A DNA stretch of 64,000 nucleotides from Candidatus Woesearchaeota archaeon (GCA_964471255.1 CAYYFB010000001.1:110798-174797); one strand, 5' to 3'; numbered from the stretch's first letter, positions 29,318-38,672 are shown. The notes: a model not told the origin generated them from the sequence alone. A program made the numbers and translations.

Positions 29318-30234
29318 AAGGCTTCTATATTTATCTAGAGCTGGCTCTTTGTGTGTTTTTAATTTTTTTGACTTATCTGCATATTCAGGCAAGAATTCCA
29401 AAAATTGAAATAAAGGAAGAGGCCTGTCCTTACTACAAGTATTATGCCCTTCTAAAATCCTTAAGACCTTTCTTAGTTGAATACATAGACTCTGGTAAGC
29501 TTTACTTAATCGACGATTTACTGGAGGGGGCATTGGACAAAGAGGTTTCAGTTGATATTCTGATATACACACCAGTGAGAGTTACCAATTATTTCAATGA
29601 AACAAAAAATTGTGTACTAGGAATAGTATACAATTTTTGCAATGGAACTAACTTCAATACCATTAGAATTGAAAAAGAAGGAGCATTAAGGACAATGATA
29701 AGAAAAAACTGGAGAAAAAAGATTATAAAAATAAACGCCAGCAAAGGCTGCTTCAAATTAGATTTGTCTTTCCCAGCAGGCATGAACACTTCCTGCCTTC
29801 GAGTTTTCTGGAAAGGCTACCCTCTGAAAATAGGATATAATGGCTCTTTATTGGTCTGTTCACCAGTAAATTTGACTAATGATATCATAGACATATACTA
29901 TTGTCTTGGGTATACTGTGGCCCAACCGCAGTTGACAAATATAACAGCCAATGAATCTGCCACTTGGGGTGAAATATCCGACACTGAAGCCGATATTGGG
30001 GAAGCATATTTCTTAGCATCTATCCCTCCCGGCCCTAATTTATTCTATCTTGTATATGGAATTGGAAATCTCCCTCTGTTTTCAAACTATTCCCTCAAAG
30101 TTAACTGTAGTATGCCAATATATGTTCCAGAGTACTCCTGTAAAGCAGAAAGAGGTAAGATAATAGAAGGAAAAAGGTTTTCAATTGCTGTTCCTTTCTC
30201 AAAGGGTGTGGCCGTTCTTTATATAACCATATAG
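29314..30234 (+). CDS. Pilin-like protein with degenerate DUF2341-like domain
   Basis: MKG|FYIYLELALCVFLIF; SCLRVF..DIYYC..GPNLFYLVYG. Confidence 0.6.
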   Translation: MKGFYIYLELALCVFLIFLTYLHIQARIPKIEIKEEACPYYKYYALLKSLRPFLVEYIDSGKLYLIDDLLEGALDKEVSVDILIYTPVRVTNYFNETKNCVLGIVYNFCNGTNFNTIRIEKEGALRTMIRKNWRKKIIKINASKGCFKLDLSFPAGMNTSCLRVFWKGYPLKIGYNGSLLVCSPVNLTNDIIDIYYCLGYTVAQPQLTNITANESATWGEISDTEADIGEAYFLASIPPGPNLFYLVYGIGNLPLFSNYSLKVNCSMPIYVPEYSCKAERGKIIEGKRFSIAVPFSKGVAVLYITI

Positions 30235-30355
30235 TGTCGGCGGCTTGAGGATTTCCCACCCCATCTCGGGGCAGTACTCTCCCCAACGCGGGCAGGCTTA
30301 ACTTCCGAGTTCGGTATGGGATCGGGTGTTTCCCTGCCCGCTATGGCCGCCGACA
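30235..30355 (-). rRNA. rrf: 5S rRNA (not linked to 16S/23S in this window)
   Basis: Reverse complement TGTCGGCGGCCATAGCG..ACACCCGATCCCATACCGAACTCGGAAGTTAAG..AGTACT..GGGAA..GCCGCCGACA. 121 nt with a terminal helix. Confidence 0.95.
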
Positions 30356-30397
30356 AAGATATAACAACTGAGCACTCTTAAATGCTTTACACTCAAT

Positions 30398-31579
30398 ATG
30401 GGAATAGAATCTAAGGAAAGCATATTTAAAAAGATAGGAATACTTATTCCCCCTTATCTAAAGATAGGGGGAAAAATTAAGGCCGCTCCAGAAGATTTCA
30501 TAGTTAGGGAAGTTATAAATGGAAAAATACTGAACGAAAAAGCGAATCTTTTTTCTTTATTTCTAAATAAATTATTGCTTTCGTGCTCCAGAAAAAAGAG
30601 ATTTCTTTGGTTTACTCTCGTAAAAAGAGATATCGGAACTTTGGAGGTAGCTGGGCTGCTCCAGAAAAGAGGGATAAAAAAGGTTTGGTTTTGTGGCCTT
30701 AAAGACAAAAAGGCCGTTGTTGCTCAGAAACTTTGTATTTATTCAAAAGATAAAAATAAGCTTTTCAAAATAAAATCAAAAAAATTCTTTTTTAAAGACT
30801 TTGAATATAAGGATAAAAGAGTCCGGCTTGGAAGTAATGACGGAAATTATTTTATTATAAGGATAAGGGATGTTTCTGCCCTGGAGCAGGCAGATAAAAT
30901 AGATCAAATTAAAGATAGAATTCCGAATTTCTTTGGACCCCAAAGGTTTGGATCGATAAAATTGAACAACCATTTGATTGGGAAAGCCATAATTAAAAGG
31001 GAGTGGGAAAGGGCTTGTTTTGAAATTTTAAGATCTGGAGTGCGAGGGATAGATGAAAAACTAAGAAAAAAATGGGGGGACTGGAGCGGGATAAGAGAAA
31101 TTATTCCCAAGTTTAGAAGAGGCGCTCCAGAATGGTTATTAATAAATAATCTTTGTTCCGGCTCCAGTTTTGAAGATGCTGTGCTCCAGCTTCCTAAAGA
31201 ATTCTTAAGACTATGGATAGATGCCTATCAGTCCTATCTCTTTAATTTAACCTTATCTGAGATTATAAAAAGGAATATTGAAGCAAAAAGGGTACCTTTA
31301 GTTGCTTACAATTTAAAATTGGAAAAATGGGGAGAAATAGGGAAAATAATAAGTCAGATTATGAAAAGGGAATCCCTTAGTCTCTTGGATTTAAAGATAA
31401 GGAAAAAATTAAGACCAAAGGTAAGGTTAAGAAAGGTTTATATGGGAATAGAAGATCTAAAAATAAAAAGAGAAAAAAGGGACCTAATTTTGGAATTCTT
31501 TCTGGAGCGGGGCTCATATGCTACTGTTTTTTTATATTTCGTTGGAGTCCCTCCAGAGCATTTAGCCTATAACTTTTAA
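30398..31579 (+). CDS. truD: tRNA pseudouridine(13) synthase
   Basis: KAAPEDFIVRE, CGLKDKKAVVAQ, GNYFIIRIR, PNFFGPQRFG, AYQSYLFN and GSYATV motifs. Confidence 0.93.
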   Translation: MGIESKESIFKKIGILIPPYLKIGGKIKAAPEDFIVREVINGKILNEKANLFSLFLNKLLLSCSRKKRFLWFTLVKRDIGTLEVAGLLQKRGIKKVWFCGLKDKKAVVAQKLCIYSKDKNKLFKIKSKKFFFKDFEYKDKRVRLGSNDGNYFIIRIRDVSALEQADKIDQIKDRIPNFFGPQRFGSIKLNNHLIGKAIIKREWERACFEILRSGVRGIDEKLRKKWGDWSGIREIIPKFRRGAPEWLLINNLCSGSSFEDAVLQLPKEFLRLWIDAYQSYLFNLTLSEIIKRNIEAKRVPLVAYNLKLEKWGEIGKIISQIMKRESLSLLDLKIRKKLRPKVRLRKVYMGIEDLKIKREKRDLILEFFLERGSYATVFLYFVGVPPEHLAYNF

Positions 31580-31617
31580 AGATTAAAGAGGAACTACCAC
31601 TTACTTAACCATTATGC

Positions 31618-31691
31618 GGGCCCGTAGTTTAGCTTGGTAGAACACCGGCCTTGGGAGCCGGAGGTCCGGGGTTCGAATCCCCGCGGGCCCA
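31618..31691 (+). tRNA. tRNA-Pro(TGG)
   Basis: GGGCCCG/CGGGCCC acceptor and CCGGC CTTGGGA GCCGG anticodon arm. Confidence 0.95.
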
Positions 31692-31835
31692 GGGAGTTAA
31701 AGCCAAAACCCCTTTCAAAGTGCATGTTTACGTATTTAAACACAACTAGAGTCTGAAAAAACCATAATTTACAGTTTAACGTTCTCAATTAACGATAATG
31801 GATTATATTAATGCTCGTAATTTCCATCTTCAATT

Positions 31836-32723
31836 ATGGGTGTCGGTGAAAAAGTTTTTAAAGTTCTAAAAAGAGTTGGAGAAGCAACAAGAAAGGCTGT
31901 TGATAAGATAAAGAAGGAACTTGCTTATCAAAATGAGATTTCAAAGACAAAACGTGCCCTTCTCGAAAGATTTAATTTAAAACAACTAAGACAGATCGCT
32001 AAAGAAGAAGGGCTTCCTCTTTCTTATGAAGACCCTTTTACTGGTGAAAAGATAAGATACTCAACAAAAGGGAGCATAGTTGGATTGCTTATGAAGAATC
32101 TAAGGCTTGATGATGTTACCTATTATGCCCAAAAATTTAAAGTGAAGTATATTGACCTCCTAAATTATCTCGAAAGGAGAAAAAAGGAGATATTTGGAGA
32201 AGAAGCCGTTCACGTCGAAGAAAAATTACGAGAAGCACCGCCTATGAAAGGTCTAAAAAGACATCGAAGAAAGAAAAAAGACAAGCTTTTTGAAAAAATT
32301 GTTAGAATTCTTAAGAAATTTGATGATACAGAAAAGCTTAGAGATGAAGATGACTTGCGAACACGATTGAAAAATCGATTGATAGGAAAACTTGGAAAAA
32401 AAGCCACCATTATTGAAAATTACTCCTTAAAAAAGATAAACCGAAAAATAGATCTTGTAATTGAGCAAGACAATAAATTGGTAGCTGTAGAATTAAAAAT
32501 AGCGAAGAGCGGCCAATATCTGTCTTATCTATCCTGGGAGGTTGAAACAGTAAGAGAGAACCTAACAAAGAATGTTATAGCCCTCATTATTGACATAGGG
32601 AAAAACATCGATTTAGATTACTTTAAAAAATCAATAGAGAAGAAAGGAGCTAGAGTTATAATATTAAAAGGTTCTTTGAGGAAATCTAAGAGGAGGAAAA
32701 GAGTTGCTATTATTAAAATATAA
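31836..32723 (+). CDS. Putative PD-(D/E)XK nuclease-domain protein
   Basis: C-terminal EDDLRTRLKNRL..KIDLVIEQDNKLVAVELK and a basic helical N-terminal half. Lies next to tRNA-Pro with unusually long spacers. Confidence 0.65.
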   Translation: MGVGEKVFKVLKRVGEATRKAVDKIKKELAYQNEISKTKRALLERFNLKQLRQIAKEEGLPLSYEDPFTGEKIRYSTKGSIVGLLMKNLRLDDVTYYAQKFKVKYIDLLNYLERRKKEIFGEEAVHVEEKLREAPPMKGLKRHRRKKKDKLFEKIVRILKKFDDTEKLRDEDDLRTRLKNRLIGKLGKKATIIENYSLKKINRKIDLVIEQDNKLVAVELKIAKSGQYLSYLSWEVETVRENLTKNVIALIIDIGKNIDLDYFKKSIEKKGARVIILKGSLRKSKRRKRVAIIKI

Positions 32724-32886
32724 CGAATAATATGAATAGTTGCTTTAGATTGCAAGTAAGAAATTAACTAAGAAATTAGCTCCAAGCCAATTCTTCCGAT
32801 CAGAGTACATCATTAAAAATTTCGTAGAAAAATAAGGGCTCCTCAAAAATAGACTGCACGATTGAATACACAAAGTTCTTAAATTC

Positions 32887-33153
32887 TTAGATCAGACTTA
32901 CCCTCTCAACCTCCACAGAACTTATTCCCTCAACTTTTAACTTTTCTTCTTCTTTTTCACTCCAACCCAACTCCTCCTCTCTGGCAATAATCATTTTTAT
33001 TGCATAAATCCCAAAAGCTATTGGTTCTTCCTTTATCTGGATTACTTCAGCATTTATTTCTCTACATGCATCCTTTAGTCTTTCCTTTATCTCCTCTAGG
33101 TCAGCATTAGGCTCTGCAGTTGTAAGTCTTAACCAGATACCCACTTTCCCCAT
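32887..33153 (-). CDS. ef1b: Elongation factor 1-beta
   Basis: MGKVGIWLRL..DLEEIKE..EEPIAFGIYAI..EGISSVEVERVSLI. Confidence 0.9.
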   Translation of the reverse strand: MGKVGIWLRLTTAEPNADLEEIKERLKDACREINAEVIQIKEEPIAFGIYAIKMIIAREEELGWSEKEEEKLKVEGISSVEVERVSLI

Positions 33154-33160
33154 ACTATAA

Positions 33161-33742
33161 CTAAGCAATAAATTTACCAAGCCTAACTAGGACAAAAACA
33201 ATTAGACTTGCTGAGGCCATTTTAATTCCGAATAGGAGCCAATTTTCCCTTGAAATTCTCCCAAGATATGCACCAAGGATGAAAAGCAAAATGGTCCCAA
33301 AAATATAAGATACTATCAATAAAAAAATTGGCTTAGTTTGAAAAAGAAAGAAAGAAAAGAGAGGAATAACACAAATAATTGAAAAGAGAAGAGGTGAAAA
33401 TCCATCTACTATTCCTGCTGTTATAGAGGCGTATTTTAACCTTTCCTCAAGCTTAGTATTTGAAAGGTTTGTAAACAATGCCCTTTCAAGTTCTTTTAAT
33501 TCTCTTTTTCTCTCAGCGAGCTCCACGAGAACAGCTCCCCAAAATCCAGAGATCCCCATGGCCACTCCAGCTGAAAACACAGTAAAAATTATATTTGGAA
33601 TGTTTTCTGATCTAGATAAGATTGCAGCTAGCAAGATTCCCAAAGTAGTGAGGATACCATCGAATCCATTCATTACAAAATATCTCCTTAAAATTGGAGA
33701 CTCCTTTATAGTTTTAAAGTACAGTGCTATTTTTTTAATCAT
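33161..33742 (-). CDS. VIT1/CCC1 family membrane protein
   Basis: RRYFVMNGFDGILT..AMGISGFWGA..E.AERKREL pattern. Confidence 0.85.
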   Translation of the reverse strand: MIKKIALYFKTIKESPILRRYFVMNGFDGILTTLGILLAAILSRSENIPNIIFTVFSAGVAMGISGFWGAVLVELAERKRELKELERALFTNLSNTKLEERLKYASITAGIVDGFSPLLFSIICVIPLFSFFLFQTKPIFLLIVSYIFGTILLFILGAYLGRISRENWLLFGIKMASASLIVFVLVRLGKFIA

Positions 33743-33990
33743 TTTGTTACTGTAACTCCATCAATTGATCTTATTATACCTCCTAACTTTCTAATCTTTT
33801 CTTCTATTTTATTTAAATCCAAATTGTTTCCTTTTATTCTAAGTTTTGCTGTTTCAATTTTTATATCCATCTCAACAACTTCTATTTTTACTTCCTCAAC
33901 CCCATCGATTTCTGTAAGTACTTTCGCAAACTCGATGATATTGGGGGTATGAGGTTTTGCAATATCAAGTAGTATCTCACTTACACTCAA
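33739..33990 (-). CDS. DUF211 family protein
   Basis: LLDIAKPHTPNI..GVEEV..GGIIRSIDGV. Commonly paired with the VIT1-like gene in archaea. Confidence 0.85.
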   Translation of the reverse strand: MSVSEILLDIAKPHTPNIIEFAKVLTEIDGVEEVKIEVVEMDIKIETAKLRIKGNNLDLNKIEEKIRKLGGIIRSIDGVTVTK

Positions 33991-34072
33991 GGCGATCCAC
34001 GGAGAGAATAGATTAACCCTTGTTTAAGAATTTTTCTATTCCTTAAGAAAGTGTATTGGGAAAAATAAAAAT

Positions 34073-35122
34073 ATGAAAATAGGAATGATGTCAGCTTGGA
34101 ATACAGATTCTGGAGTATCAATCCATGCTGAGCTTATTGGAAGGGAATGGATTAAAGATGGGCATACCCTTTTCGTGTTTTCTCACATAAAAGAGGATTT
34201 CCACGGAGATGGGTTTACTAGAAAGAAAGATGAAGAATTTGTAATTAGGTGTTTTGGTAAACCTCATGTAACAAACTTCTTTGATCCAAGACCAATTTTA
34301 AAGAACAAATATGATGTTTTTATTGTTCAAGACCTGCGCCAGATCCCTTATTTGAAGCTTGCCCATATACTCCCCATTTTAAAAAGAAAGTCAAAAATAA
34401 CTGCCCATATTGTCCATGAGAATCATTTACCAGAAGAAAGTTGGTTTTACATGCATGATTGGGACTTAGTAATCTATTTTGATAAAAGACAAGCATTTCT
34501 TAAAGAAATCTATGAAGACAAGGCTCATTATATCCCCTTTCCTTGTGCACCTTTGCGAAATATAGACAAAGAAGAGGCTAGAGAAGAATTAAAACTACCA
34601 AAAGAGAAAAAGATATTCCTAATTTTTGCCCAGAGAGGATATAAACCCTATTTTCCGGAAATACCTGACAAGATAAAGAAAGATCTTATCTTTATCTTGT
34701 TAATAAGGAAAGGAATGCTAGGTGAACTGGTCGAAAGTTATTCTAAATCTCCTCATATACTTATTAGAGAAGAGGAAACTCTAAGTTGGGAAAGATTAGA
34801 TTTGTATGCTGGAGCAAGCGATGGAATTGTATTGCATAAATTTAAAAGTAGAGGCTACGCGCTAATTTCAACAACAGCAGCCCAACTAATTGGAGCACAA
34901 CGACCAATCTTAGTTCCAAAACACTCTGACTTCTTCAATTTCTTTAAGGGAGGCGTCCTAGAGTATGGAGATTATACTGAATTGGGAATTTGGCTATCAA
35001 AAATAGTGGAAGATGATGAAGAAGTTAGGCAAACATTAAGAAGAGCAAGAAAAATTGTAGAGAAAAATTCCTCTGAAAAAATAGCCAAAGAATATATAAA
35101 CCTGTTTGAAAAGTTTCTATAA
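34073..35122 (+). CDS. GT-B fold glycosyltransferase (family 4-like)
   Basis: MKIGMMSAWNTDSGVSIHAE N-terminus, AREELKLP linker and IAKEYINLF C-terminus. Confidence 0.7.
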   Translation: MKIGMMSAWNTDSGVSIHAELIGREWIKDGHTLFVFSHIKEDFHGDGFTRKKDEEFVIRCFGKPHVTNFFDPRPILKNKYDVFIVQDLRQIPYLKLAHILPILKRKSKITAHIVHENHLPEESWFYMHDWDLVIYFDKRQAFLKEIYEDKAHYIPFPCAPLRNIDKEEAREELKLPKEKKIFLIFAQRGYKPYFPEIPDKIKKDLIFILLIRKGMLGELVESYSKSPHILIREEETLSWERLDLYAGASDGIVLHKFKSRGYALISTTAAQLIGAQRPILVPKHSDFFNFFKGGVLEYGDYTELGIWLSKIVEDDEEVRQTLRRARKIVEKNSSEKIAKEYINLFEKFL

Positions 35123-35173
35123 TAAATGGCTATAGAGAAGCGGCAAAAATTTTCTTTGGGTTAGCAGTTTTCC

Positions 35174-35245
35174 TGCGGCCGCCGGGATTCGAACCCGGGA
35201 CCTCTGGCTTGGGAGGCCAGCGTCCTACCACTAGACTACGGCCGC
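35174..35245 (-). tRNA. tRNA-Gly(CCC)
   Basis: Reverse complement GCGGCCG..CTGGC CTCCCAA GCCAG..GGTTCGAATCC..CGGCCGC A. Confidence 0.95.
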
Positions 35246-36015
35246 ATAAATACTTCTTGTATAAACCCAAGATTTAGATCTAATAGATAAATTAAAAAGG
35301 CCAAAAGCAATGAAGGTATAAAAGGCATCCCCCATTTTATTTTGATTTTGTTTTTTATTCCAAAACTTTTAATTTTTTTCACCTCTAAGAGAGTTAAGCT
35401 CCTCCCTGGATTCTTAAAGACTATTTTATTACCTATTTTTATATCTTCTACAAGTATGTCCCCCTCTTGCAATTCCTCTGGAAGAATTTCTCTAACTTCT
35501 ACCAGCTTATCTTTATAAGGAAAGATTGAAAAATAGAGGGAAATCAAGAAAAGCAAAAAAGACAGCCTAATTGAATGAGTTAAGAAGGTTATAAGAGAAA
35601 AAAAGAGTAGAATAAAAGGAAAAAGATATAACGGTAACTTAATCCCCTTTTTAAGAAGAAGAAAAAAAGCATATGCCAAACAACAAACTGATAGGGAGAA
35701 AAAAAGAGATATACAAAACTCTGGAGCCGCTCCAGTAATGAAAAAAATAGACGATGATATTACTAAATCCCCATCTGCTATTACTCCCTTTAAAAAGAGA
35801 AGAGAAAGAAAAGAGAGGATTAGTATCGTTCTAATTATCTCCTGGAAGCCTTTTAATGAAATTAAAAAGATGGCGCCAGAATATAGAAGGAAAACATAGG
35901 CAAGATAGGAATTTATACTCCTGTCTCTCAGATCTGTATACGAAAAGTAGGAAAGAAAAAGCAAAGGAAGAATCTTCTCTAATAAAATACTAGCAGAAGG
36001 AAAACTAAGGAACAT
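35236..36015 (-). CDS. Prepilin/prearchaellin peptidase (A24, PibD/FlaK/EppA-like)
   Basis: YTDLRDRSI (first Asp), IADGD (GxGD variant) and C-terminal EELQEGDIL..GMPFIPSLL. Confidence 0.85.
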   Translation of the reverse strand: MFLSFPSASILLEKILPLLFLSYFSYTDLRDRSINSYLAYVFLLYSGAIFLISLKGFQEIIRTILILSFLSLLFLKGVIADGDLVISSSIFFITGAAPEFCISLFFSLSVCCLAYAFFLLLKKGIKLPLYLFPFILLFFSLITFLTHSIRLSFLLFLISLYFSIFPYKDKLVEVREILPEELQEGDILVEDIKIGNKIVFKNPGRSLTLLEVKKIKSFGIKNKIKIKWGMPFIPSLLLAFLIYLLDLNLGFIQEVFMRP

Positions 36016-36236
36016 AGAAAACTCAACCCGACTATTATCCAGAGAAATCTTGGATCATTAGCAAAACCAAAGGGAAAAGGCCCTATAAAGCCTCCAATGC
36101 CATAATATATTTTAGATTGCATTTTTCCCCGCTCCAGAAGAGGCCAAAGAATTAGTGTTAAAATACCTGTTACAATAAGAAGCGCTCCTATAAGAATGAA
36201 GAAAGAAGCTATTCTAATAATACTCTCCATATTCAA
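35979..36236 (-). CDS. DUF131-like small membrane protein
   Basis: Two TM helices flanking YGIGGFIGPFPFGFAND. Confidence 0.7.
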   Translation of the reverse strand: MNMESIIRIASFFILIGALLIVTGILTLILWPLLERGKMQSKIYYGIGGFIGPFPFGFANDPRFLWIIVGLSFLCSLVFLLLVFY

Positions 36237-36792
36237 TGAATTCTTCTTTTATAACTTTTCTCTTTAGGAAATACCCAAACAATACTCCCACAGCAAACCC
36301 AGAGAGATGGGCTATATGTCCAATCTTAGATCCTGGAAACAATAATAAAAGAGTAAGTTCCAGCAGAAAGAAAAAAATACCTGCTGTTCTCATTGTCATT
36401 GGAACAAACCATACAAGAACTATCATATATGGATTCAAAATGGTGGCTATTCCACAAAGAGCAAAGGCAAACCCTGAAGATCCTATTCCCTCCTGTTTAG
36501 GATACATAAGACCAAAAGCGAGGTTTGCTATAACCACTGACGTAACAAAAAGGAGCAAATAGTTTCTTTTCCCTATTTCACTCTCTATCAAAGAACCAAG
36601 GCTCCATATTACTATAGTATTAAAAAGTAGATGAGCGACTGAAGCATGCAAGAAAGCATTTGTTATCCAAACCCACGGATATTTAATGCTTTTATAAAAT
36701 GAAAAGGAAAAATATTCTAACTTCTCTGGAAAAAACAATTCCAAAAGGAAAGAGAGAAACATTAGTGATATTAGTGCTTCTGTTATTCTCAT
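36214..36792 (-). CDS. Rhomboid family intramembrane serine protease
   Basis: FLHASVAHLLFN, IGSSG and GHIAHLSG motifs. Confidence 0.92.
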   Translation of the reverse strand: MRITEALISLMFLSFLLELFFPEKLEYFSFSFYKSIKYPWVWITNAFLHASVAHLLFNTIVIWSLGSLIESEIGKRNYLLLFVTSVVIANLAFGLMYPKQEGIGSSGFAFALCGIATILNPYMIVLVWFVPMTMRTAGIFFFLLELTLLLLFPGSKIGHIAHLSGFAVGVLFGYFLKRKVIKEEFIEYGEYY

Positions 36793-36851
36793 AAAGTAAA
36801 AAGTTCTGCCACTAATATAGTCTTAATCTAGACCCTTTACCAAGGATATTT

Positions 36852-37286
36852 ATGAGAGGAGTCTCTCCAGTTGTTGCAACCATCCTCCTACTAGTAATGG
36901 TAGTAGCAATTACCGCTGGTGTATTCTATTTCTTTAGGACAGTAGTAGGAACAGCTGCTGGTAAAGGGACCGTCGCAACTACAACAGCGATAACTCAGGC
37001 CGAAGTACAGGCAAATGTAAGAATCGTAAATTGGTTTGAGGATACTGCTTCCGGAAATCTCTCCCTTGAAATCCTTAATAATTTAGATAAAACCATAACC
37101 ATCAAGAGAGTAACTGTTGACGGCTCTACAAAGACTCTCACCACGGACAATACCATCAACTCGGGAGATGTTAAAGCAATTATTACAAATTACAAGTACA
37201 CAGATGTAAAAAAAGGAGAAACAAAAGTTGTGATCTATCTTACTTATGACAATAAGCTCTATGCTGTAGAATCAATCCTCGGTTAA
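36852..37286 (+). CDS. Archaeal type IV pilin (probable major pilin)
   Basis: MRG|VSPVVATILLLVMVVAI canonical class III signal. Thr-rich and monocistronic. Confidence 0.9.
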   Translation: MRGVSPVVATILLLVMVVAITAGVFYFFRTVVGTAAGKGTVATTTAITQAEVQANVRIVNWFEDTASGNLSLEILNNLDKTITIKRVTVDGSTKTLTTDNTINSGDVKAIITNYKYTDVKKGETKVVIYLTYDNKLYAVESILG

Positions 37287-37466
37287 TGAAATAGCCCCAA
37301 CAGGGCAGGCCTCGATAGCTTTTTTTACATTGTCTTTTTTTTCTTCTTCAATCTCCTCCACTTTTACCTCTGATTTCCCTTCTTTTATTTCAAAAACCTC
37401 TGGTACTAAACTAGCACAAAGACCACATCCAATACATTTTTCCTTATCTACATATACCTTAGCCAT
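37272..37466 (-). CDS. fdx: Mono-cluster [4Fe-4S] ferredoxin
   Basis: MAKVYVDKEKCIGCGLCASLVPEVF..ACPVGAI. Confidence 0.92.
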   Translation of the reverse strand: MAKVYVDKEKCIGCGLCASLVPEVFEIKEGKSEVKVEEIEEEKKDNVKKAIEACPVGAISLTED

Positions 37467-37481
37467 AGGGTAGATATCCCT

Positions 37482-38672
37482 ATGGAAATTAAGTTTGTTC
37501 ATTTAGCAGACACTCACCTTGGAAGGAGGAATTTTAAATTAAGAGAGCGGGAAGAAGATTTTTATAAGGCTTTTGATAACGCTATTGAAAAAATTATAAA
37601 AGAAAAACCAGATTTTGTAATTCACTCAGGAGATTTGTTTGAAAAAGCTTCACCACCCATCTCAAGCATACTGGTAGCCATGGAGGGATTGAAAAAACTT
37701 AAAGAAAATAATATCCCTCTGTATATAATTCCAGGAAATCATGATTTGTTTCTAAACGAAAGTTTCATTTCGGTTCTTCATACTATTGGTCTATTGATAA
37801 ATCTTACCGCTCCAGAATACTTCCTCAAAGTCGGTGAAAGGTATATAGTTAAAGGAGTTCAGGAAGGAAACTGTGCTATTTTAGGAGTACCTGGAAGGAG
37901 AAGCAGAATAAAAGAATTGTATAATAATCTGATAATAAAGGCCGAAGGAAAAATAAAAATTTTTGTCTTTCATCATATTCTAAAAGAGGTAAATGCGGTT
38001 TCTGGAGATATTCCACTAGAATGGTTACCAAAAGGCATGGATTATTATGCCGGCGGTCATTGGCATTTCCCTTATGAAAATTACAAGTATAGGGTGTTTT
38101 ATCCAGGTTCTTTAGAATATTATGATGTCACTGAAATGAGAGAACCTCACCAAAAAGGTTTTTTCTCCGTTTCCCTTAGTGAAGATCATCTTAAAGTAAA
38201 ATTCATCCCAGTAAAAACTAGGGGAATAAAATATAAAAGAATAATCGTAGATGGCCATTCTCCCGAAGAAATAGAGAAAATTTGCTTAGATTTCTTTAAA
38301 TCTTTGGAAGGATACCAAAATATAGCCATCTTAGAGTTGGAGGGGAGATTAGGAAAAGGATCTAAACGAAACATTAACAAAAGAAAAATTATAGAGTTTG
38401 GTCTCTCTAGAGGATTTCTTCATGTACACATAAATGACTCAAAACTAAAGGACCCCCTACCTTCTAGGAAAATCAGAAAGTTCTCACTACGACCTTTAGA
38501 TGAGCTGGAGCGGGAGTATCTAAAAGAGAGATTTACTGAGGAGGAACTAAAGCTTGCTGAAGAAATATTAAAAACTCTGGGGCAAGAAGTAGGAGGTTTG
38601 GAATTAGAATTCCTAAAAAGAAAACTCATAAAAAGAATAGAAGAAACTTTTTTGTCCAGCGGGCAGAGATAA
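37482..38672 (+). CDS. mre11: DNA repair exonuclease Mre11/SbcD
   Basis: HLADTHLG, SGDLF, PGNHD, YYAGGHWH and YPGS motifs. Confidence 0.9.
   Translation: MEIKFVHLADTHLGRRNFKLREREEDFYKAFDNAIEKIIKEKPDFVIHSGDLFEKASPPISSILVAMEGLKKLKENNIPLYIIPGNHDLFLNESFISVLHTIGLLINLTAPEYFLKVGERYIVKGVQEGNCAILGVPGRRSRIKELYNNLIIKAEGKIKIFVFHHILKEVNAVSGDIPLEWLPKGMDYYAGGHWHFPYENYKYRVFYPGSLEYYDVTEMREPHQKGFFSVSLSEDHLKVKFIPVKTRGIKYKRIIVDGHSPEEIEKICLDFFKSLEGYQNIAILELEGRLGKGSKRNINKRKIIEFGLSRGFLHVHINDSKLKDPLPSRKIRKFSLRPLDELEREYLKERFTEEELKLAEEILKTLGQEVGGLELEFLKRKLIKRIEETFLSSGQR

Noticed and set aside
30101..30286. 61-aa minus-strand ORF
   Set aside because: Starts inside the 5S rRNA and runs antisense to a real gene.
30484..31509. 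CTCCAG copies as ORB (replication origin) boxes
   Set aside because: They lack the downstream GAAA and G-string of ORBs, lie in coding DNA throughout the window, and no orc1/cdc6 gene is adjacent.
32724..32886. att repeat of tRNA-Pro closing the nuclease islet
   Set aside because: No recognisable copy of the tRNA-Pro 3' half was found, so the islet is not annotated as a bounded mobile element.
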